Part shown: one piece after another, positions 58,845-64,000 of the stretch
Layout: the number at the start of each line of letters is the position of its first letter
How positions within the stretch are numbered: position 1 is the stretch's first letter
Virus record (IMG/VR): IMGVR_UViG_3300017766_005465
Coordinates: 32,001-96,000 of that record
Direction: 5' to 3' (one strand)
Length of the DNA: 64,000 nt
DNA from: a virus
The notes under the pieces: generated by a model
Seen by the model: the letters and a program-made list of their open reading frames with translations, nothing else
What the model was told of the DNA's origin: nothing
Database searches by the model: none
Translations under genes and position numbers: made by a program

Positions 58845-59180
58845 ATGAGCAACCAACCCTACGGATACGACCCCTTTAACCCCGGTCCTGCGGACGGAAA
58901 CGCTTTCATGCTCCTGGAAGGAGCCGGCAATGACTGCTACTACGGATCCAACTACGGTGGGTTGGGTGGTAGGATCGGGGTGTTCCCGGATGGCACGGTG
59001 TATAAGTTGAGTGCCGCCGAACTCCGTCAGTACATTATGGGACTGGAGGCCACGAGAAAGCTCCAGGATCTAGCGGACGTCAGCTTCACCAGGAACGTGA
59101 GGCCGGGGGACGCTCTTCTCTACAACCACATGACCGGCAACTGGGAGCTTCAGAGTTTTATCAGCGGCGGGGGATTCTGA
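58845..59180 (+). CDS. Small putative virion protein
   Basis: LQDLADV..GDALLYN..GNW fibre-type repeat. Confidence 0.6.
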   Translation: MSNQPYGYDPFNPGPADGNAFMLLEGAGNDCYYGSNYGGLGGRIGVFPDGTVYKLSAAELRQYIMGLEATRKLQDLADVSFTRNVRPGDALLYNHMTGNWELQSFISGGGF

Positions 59181-59183
59181 CCG

Positions 59184-60119
59184 ATGCTCCTAGAGATAGA
59201 GAATCAACTCCACAGGAGGGTGCATAACGCCCTAGGTCAGAGCGCTGTGGTGATAAGACTGGCCGAGGAGATCGACGAGTCCGGCCGAGTCGCCGAGCAG
59301 GCGATGATTATTGTGAGTTGGGCGGCCGGAAGCACCACCAATCCCAACAAGGGAGCCTACATCCCCACCGTCAGGAACAGAAAGCTAAATTACACCATAA
59401 CTCTGGTGCAGAAACAGACCCAGAGGGAGGGGCATAGCTTCTCCCTGCCCATCCTCGACCTCATAGCCGACTCCGTGACGGGGTGGGTGCCGGAGGTGCC
59501 GGGGTTGGAGTTCCAGACGGGGTTTGAGTTGGGGCCGGAGAGGTTCGTCCAGGTAACCGAAGCCTCCCAATTCATCTACGAGCAGACCTACAGCATAGAG
59601 GTTCTCATACCCGACGGCAGGTTCTACAGTCAGCCCTGCGCGGCCTTCGATCCCATCTCTGTAGAGGACTTCCTACCCAAGAGAAAGTGCCTATTCACCC
59701 CCGATCAGAAGGGCACCGGCCTGGCCGTCTGGAGAAGAGTGATCAACTCCGACACCACAGAGGAGTACGTTGTCGAGGACCCCAGATGCGAAAGGGAGAT
59801 CTCCGACAACCTTGAGATCACCTGCAATGAGGCCTTCGACGGCAGCGCTACTTACGTCTTCACACCCAGAGCCGCTCTCTCCTTCGACGAGAATGGCGAT
59901 AGGGTTATCGACGAGGACAGAATCGTCACTGGCACCCTGAGCAAGGTGTGGAAATGCTACAGAGACCGCACCCAACCCTACCCACCCTGGTTTAAGTTAA
60001 ATATAGACTCCTCGCTGTGGAGGAATAGTGTGGACACGGTTCCTAACACCAAACCTGGCACCTCAGCAAGACAGGATCTCAATATCAAACTCAATCCAGC
60101 TTACGACACACTTACATGA
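59184..60119 (+). CDS. Tail terminator, Mu gp37-like, with Cys-containing C-terminal extension
   Basis: MLLEIENQL..IIVSWAAGS..ILDLIADSVTGWVP..YEQTYSIE; position after the gp36-like gene. Confidence 0.7.
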   Translation: MLLEIENQLHRRVHNALGQSAVVIRLAEEIDESGRVAEQAMIIVSWAAGSTTNPNKGAYIPTVRNRKLNYTITLVQKQTQREGHSFSLPILDLIADSVTGWVPEVPGLEFQTGFELGPERFVQVTEASQFIYEQTYSIEVLIPDGRFYSQPCAAFDPISVEDFLPKRKCLFTPDQKGTGLAVWRRVINSDTTEEYVVEDPRCEREISDNLEITCNEAFDGSATYVFTPRAALSFDENGDRVIDEDRIVTGTLSKVWKCYRDRTQPYPPWFKLNIDSSLWRNSVDTVPNTKPGTSARQDLNIKLNPAYDTLT

Positions 60120-60526
60120 ACTCCCTATTCCACTCGGTTTTTGCCTCGCACCTAGCGTTCAAGGGGGCTTCCCAACTCGCGCACTGGAACGTGGTGGGCA
60201 AGGACTTCTACCAGATGCACCTCCTCTTCGGAAAGATCTACGAGATACTGGAAGGCCAGACAGATACGTTCGCTGAGCAGGCCCGCGGACTGGGTGTAGA
60301 GATCCCCGCGAGGGCATTTAACCAGGTCCCAGATATCGAGTGGAGTATGAATATAGAGCTTGTGGAGTGGTTGCTGACGCTGTGCGTGCGCTACCGATCC
60401 GACCTGGAGCTTCTCAGGAACGTACTGGAGGACGAGAAGCAGTACGGGTTCGTGAACGTGGTCGAGGGATTCCTTACGGACAGTAACACCATCTGCTACC
60501 TGCTCAAATCCACGCTGGAAGTCTGA
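60116..60526 (+). CDS. dps: Dps/ferritin-like protein
   Basis: AHWNVVGKDFYQMHLLF and DTFAEQARGLG Dps signatures. Confidence 0.85.
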   Translation: MNSLFHSVFASHLAFKGASQLAHWNVVGKDFYQMHLLFGKIYEILEGQTDTFAEQARGLGVEIPARAFNQVPDIEWSMNIELVEWLLTLCVRYRSDLELLRNVLEDEKQYGFVNVVEGFLTDSNTICYLLKSTLEV

Positions 60527-60531
60527 CATAC

Positions 60532-60567
60532 TAGAAAGCCCAAGCATTTGCTTGGGGCCACTTTCTA
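60532..60567. terminator. Hairpin between convergent genes (possible bidirectional terminator)
   Basis: TAGAAAG-CCCAAGCA..TGCTTGGG-..CTTTCTA. Confidence 0.55.
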
Positions 60568-60584
60568 TTCAGTTGTCTATGTTC

Positions 60585-60959
60585 TCAGTTCCAGCTAATA
60601 CACACGTTGTGTACACCGCGGGAGATTGGGCCAAGGGCGCTAAAGGATTTCGCCGACAAATCGATGACTCTTCCGTGGACGAATGGTCCGCGGTCTGTGA
60701 TCACCGCTTTCGTGCTACGGCCATTAGCAGTCACTGTGACAACTGTTCCAAAAGGTAGCCACTTGTGCGCTGCTTGATTCGACCAGGTGTCGAATCTCCG
60801 ACCAGATGCAGTAATTCCTCCCTGGTATCCGTCCCCTAGACCGTAGTAGCTTGCTCCTCCGCATTGTTGTCCTGCTTTTGCAGAAAGAGGGAAAGCTGAA
60901 AGAGCGGCAATGGCCAGGGTAACAATCGTTTTCTTCATGAGCTCCGAGATAAGGAACAT
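60585..60959 (-). CDS. RlpA-like double-psi beta-barrel lytic transglycosylase with signal peptide
   Basis: ASYYG..TASGRRFD..AAHKWLPFGT..ITDRGPF..RVIDLS; MKKTIV.. signal peptide (start may be 60938). Confidence 0.9.
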   Translation of the reverse strand: MFLISELMKKTIVTLAIAALSAFPLSAKAGQQCGGASYYGLGDGYQGGITASGRRFDTWSNQAAHKWLPFGTVVTVTANGRSTKAVITDRGPFVHGRVIDLSAKSFSALGPISRGVHNVCISWN

Positions 60960-61075
60960 AACATTCCAGGGTCATCTTTGCAATCTGCAATTGTTTATAG
61001 ATGAGTTAGAGATGCTATGACAGACGCCCGGCAATACGTGGTGATAGCACCAGATCGAAAAACGTCTGAATTTTA

Positions 61076-61083
61076 CTTTAAAC
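61076..61083 (-). promoter_or_regulatory. Putative late promoter box GTTTAAAG
   Basis: Intergenic, 116 nt upstream of the RlpA-like gene. Confidence 0.55.
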
Positions 61084-61096
61084 TAGTTCGGTAGGG

Positions 61097-61384
61097 TTAT
61101 TGTAACCGTACGAACAATTCTCTTCCCTCCTTGATATTGGAGAGGAGAGTGGAGAGGGATACAGGTCTGTGTCCCCCATTACTAATTATACCATGGGACT
61201 TGGGGTACTTGGTGGTGGGGTAGCCAGTTCGGCGAAGTAGCACAACATCGGGGGAGTTGGCCCCGACCCATCGAGTGGGTTTTTTGGCTTTGCTCATAAG
61301 CGTGGGCTCCTCCTTGAGGAAGAGGGAGAAGCCGTAGGTCGCTCTGAAATGGTCGTTAAGATCCTCAAATGTTTGTGGTGTCAT
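61097..61384 (-). CDS. Hypothetical protein
   Basis: 95 aa ORF downstream of the polymerase, same strand. Confidence 0.5.
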   Translation of the reverse strand: MTPQTFEDLNDHFRATYGFSLFLKEEPTLMSKAKKPTRWVGANSPDVVLLRRTGYPTTKYPKSHGIISNGGHRPVSLSTLLSNIKEGRELFVRLQ

Positions 61385-61393
61385 GGAGATGGT

Positions 61394-61645
61394 TTACTCA
61401 GTTTCTAAAGATAGAATCCAGTCTTCGGTGGGAACAAAGTTCAACTCAAATAACTGATTGTCCTGGTTACAGTAGATCAGTTTGGGGTCTTGGCCGTCGG
61501 GATAGAACCATAGCAACTGGTTCTTAAGATCCTCCCTGCGTGGGTCGGGAATGGTTTTGCCCCTCTTCAGCTTAAGAATAGACCGATGAGGACCATCCCA
61601 TGTTAACCCTTTGACCCCATCAAATCCCACTTCGCTTGGTTTCAT
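61394..61645 (-). CDS. Hypothetical protein
   Basis: 83 aa ORF downstream of the polymerase, same strand. Confidence 0.5.
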   Translation of the reverse strand: MKPSEVGFDGVKGLTWDGPHRSILKLKRGKTIPDPRREDLKNQLLWFYPDGQDPKLIYCNQDNQLFELNFVPTEDWILSLETE

Positions 61646-61653
61646 GATCTTGT

Positions 61654-63999
61654 CTAAAACATCGAGTTGAATACAGGAACTAGGTCCTGGATGGTGACAG
61701 ACCGACCGTCCTCCTCGTCCTTCTGCTGCGAGACCGTCTTGGTACTCGAGTCGGCGGACTTCCTGAAGACGCTGTCAATCTCGATAGAGGAGAGCCAGGC
61801 ATTGGCCACCGGAAGCTCGTAGATGCCGTAATTATACCGCATCCAGGCCCAACACCAAGCATGAGCCACCTGGAAGAGCGTAGCGACTTTCTCGGCCTGG
61901 TCTTCCGGGCAGAGGTAGAGGATGCTGTCGTGGACCGACATGCAGAACTCCGCCTCCAGCTCGTATTTGTCGATGAGCCACTCCATCGCTGTCATGAAGG
62001 CGTGGAGCATCGCGCTCCCGGTGGACTGGATGCACCAGTTGTTACGCATCGTCCAGAAGTCGGTTCCGACACTCGAGGGGCGGAAAGCCGTGGACATCTT
62101 GGTGCCACTGAGTGGGTTGATAGGGCAGGGCATGTTAGCGATCCGGGCCATCTCGTTGTAGGCGTAGGAGTCGGATCCGCCGATGAGGGTCTGGGAGAGC
62201 CTGGAGGCTTTCTTGCCCTTCTTGATCTCGATAAGCTTTCGTCCCCTCTCCATGGCCTCCTTCATCGGGATGCTCTTATTGCCCTTGCGGATGGTATTGG
62301 CCAGGGTCTTCGCCCCACACCCGTACAACATACCGTAATTACATCCTTTGGCAATGGCCCTGGTAATGCTGATGGCTTTGGCGGTCATCGAGTGCATGTC
62401 GGTACCGTCGTCTTTCGACCCCGCAAGAATCGAGTGGGAGAACTGAGTACTTCCGGCGATCTTGTGGAAGGAGTCGGCGAAGATCGAGGCAACGACCGCT
62501 TCCTGAGCGTCAAAGTCCGATTCCACAAACACGTAGCCCTTAGGCGCCTGGACACGGGTCTTGATCTCGCTACCGATCTTGTCGTACTTGGGGTCGGGGA
62601 CGGTAAGCCACAGGTTCTCACCGGCTCTGTTGGTGGAGGTGTTGTGCGGGACGGTGGCGGGGATGATGAGGGAGAACTCCTCGCCCCTAGGGGTCTTCAC
62701 CACCTCCACGTTCTGCTCCCTCACCCTCGAGCGGACACTCGTCCAGTAGGCGACATTGATCGCAAGCTTGATGAGCTCGCGAGCCTGCGCGAGGTCGGAA
62801 CTTAGCATCCCCGACTCGAAGTCCTCAACGTAGTCCTTCGTCAGAACACCGCCAACATTCACCCCCTCACCGTCCGTGTGCGGGAGCCGCTCGTAATTAC
62901 CACTGTCCGGGTCTTTGAAACACCAACCCTTGTCCTTGAGGAACACGATCGGCTGATTATCCCACTTCAGGCGGAGCAGGAGGTGGGAGATGCGGTTTTT
63001 GGTGGAGATGCCCTCGATGTGGGGTTTGCCATCCACCAAGTCCTTGGAAGATACGCCCCTCACCCACTTGGGCACTCCGTACCACTTCGAGCTGGGTTTT
63101 CCAGCCTTGGTGAGTTTGAAGTTGGCGCCCCAGTCGAGTTGAGAGAGCCACGGATCCCCCTGTATATCCTCGTCGGTCAGTTCGCCCTCATTCCAGGCCT
63201 CGTAGACCTCTACGGCCATCTTACTCAGGATCTCCTCCTGCCGGTCGATGGACCCCCTCCACTGCTTCTCGCAGTTGGAGAACCACTCGTCCCAGTCGGA
63301 GACGACGGGAAGTTTGGCGGAGGCGATGCCGAAGTGAGCGGCCAGGGTGGTAGGGGACGGGTTATTCTGGAGGTACTTGAGCACGACAATCGAGTACAAC
63401 TCGAAGGTGATCTTTACGTCCTTCAGGGCGTACTCGATAAGCTCGTCGCGCAGGGGCACAAAGTCGTCCATGGATGAGGAGTCCACGAACACATTCCTGA
63501 TCTCCTTGTCCTCGTGCTCCAGTGGGATGGCCGGCCGGCAGTGGAAGTTGTAGCAGTCGACAAGGTTATTCATCGAGCCCTTATCCGCCCATACCGGATC
63601 GGCTTTGTACATCACCTTCTTTGCCTGCTTCTGAACATACCACCATCGTTGGCCCGAGGCGAGGCCGGAAACGTTGATGTGGGCGGACATCGTGTCAAAC
63701 CACGAGTTGGTCTTTCCGAGGACGTAGGATTCCTGCGTCCGAGGGCGGTCGTAGGCTACGTTGTGAGCGATGAACACTCCGTCCTTGCGGCCCAGCGGCA
63801 CAAGCTTCGGCTCGTACGGCACTCTGGAATCCACAAAGCTCTCGTGCATCCAGACGTAGTAGGCTTTATCGGTAACGGCGGTGGCGAGGATCGGGTGGGA
63901 GAAGTCGCTGCCCTTGACGAAGGTCTCGCAGTCGAATACGCCGATCCTCTCTTCGATTCCGGAGACACGCCGGGCGGGACCATCGAACGGGTACTTAAC
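61654..63999 (-). CDS. Family A DNA polymerase, mitochondrial Pol-gamma-like (5' truncated by window edge)
   Basis: Frame open to the edge; Exo I FDCET, Exo II AHNVAYDR, DTMSAHINVSGL, Exo III YALKDV; motif A DFDAQE, motif B RAIAKGCNYGMLYG, motif C SVHDS; GGSDSYAYN and NWCIQSTG. Confidence 0.92.
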   Translation of the reverse strand, partial: VKYPFDGPARRVSGIEERIGVFDCETFVKGSDFSHPILATAVTDKAYYVWMHESFVDSRVPYEPKLVPLGRKDGVFIAHNVAYDRPRTQESYVLGKTNSWFDTMSAHINVSGLASGQRWWYVQKQAKKVMYKADPVWADKGSMNNLVDCYNFHCRPAIPLEHEDKEIRNVFVDSSSMDDFVPLRDELIEYALKDVKITFELYSIVVLKYLQNNPSPTTLAAHFGIASAKLPVVSDWDEWFSNCEKQWRGSIDRQEEILSKMAVEVYEAWNEGELTDEDIQGDPWLSQLDWGANFKLTKAGKPSSKWYGVPKWVRGVSSKDLVDGKPHIEGISTKNRISHLLLRLKWDNQPIVFLKDKGWCFKDPDSGNYERLPHTDGEGVNVGGVLTKDYVEDFESGMLSSDLAQARELIKLAINVAYWTSVRSRVREQNVEVVKTPRGEEFSLIIPATVPHNTSTNRAGENLWLTVPDPKYDKIGSEIKTRVQAPKGYVFVESDFDAQEAVVASIFADSFHKIAGSTQFSHSILAGSKDDGTDMHSMTAKAISITRAIAKGCNYGMLYGCGAKTLANTIRKGNKSIPMKEAMERGRKLIEIKKGKKASRLSQTLIGGSDSYAYNEMARIANMPCPINPLSGTKMSTAFRPSSVGTDFWTMRNNWCIQSTGSAMLHAFMTAMEWLIDKYELEAEFCMSVHDSILYLCPEDQAEKVATLFQVAHAWCWAWMRYNYGIYELPVANAWLSSIEIDSVFRKSADSSTKTVSQQKDEEDGRSVTIQDLVPVFNSMF

Positions 64000-64000
64000 C

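Noticed and set aside
61861-63477. 314-aa and 199-aa plus-strand ORFs
   Set aside because: Antisense shadows of the DNA polymerase
1-64000. Possibility that this is a Mu-like transposable prophage or a bacterial contractile injection system
   Set aside because: Terminase, portal, capsid, own DNA polymerase and sigma factor are present, with no transposase, integrase or host housekeeping genes in the window

Overview
A 64 kb piece of a large contractile-tailed dsDNA phage, probably a cyanophage (inferred from a SigB/F-type sigma factor, phoH, a mitochondrial Pol-gamma-like polymerase and cyanophage-style structural proteins). It carries the 3' part of the large terminase, a thioredoxin, a sigma factor, a multi-enzyme baseplate hub, a dNMP kinase, PhoH and a ~20 kb block of very large putative virion-appendage genes (PA14-like, LRR, two RYQPGR paralogues, beta-helix spike). 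It also has a tail tube, a Mu-like portal, tail-fibre/adhesin genes, a giant sheath, Mu-like protease-scaffold, cement, capsid, gp36 and gp37 genes, Dps, an RlpA-like protein, a dCMP deaminase and most of a Pol-gamma-like DNA polymerase. The morphogenesis genes are scattered over both strands. The most striking unannotated signal is a two-class promoter code. An 8-nt box GTTTAA(A/G)N precedes almost every structural transcription unit (17 copies found by eye, one inside the protease gene ahead of an in-frame scaffold start). Host-type extended -10 boxes (TGnTAnnAT) precede the sigma and nucleotide-metabolism genes. The phage sigma factor has a degenerate region 4, which fits a single-box late promoter. 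All calls are from manual motif reading; no database searches were run. No tRNA, rRNA, CRISPR array, integrase or reverse transcriptase was seen.
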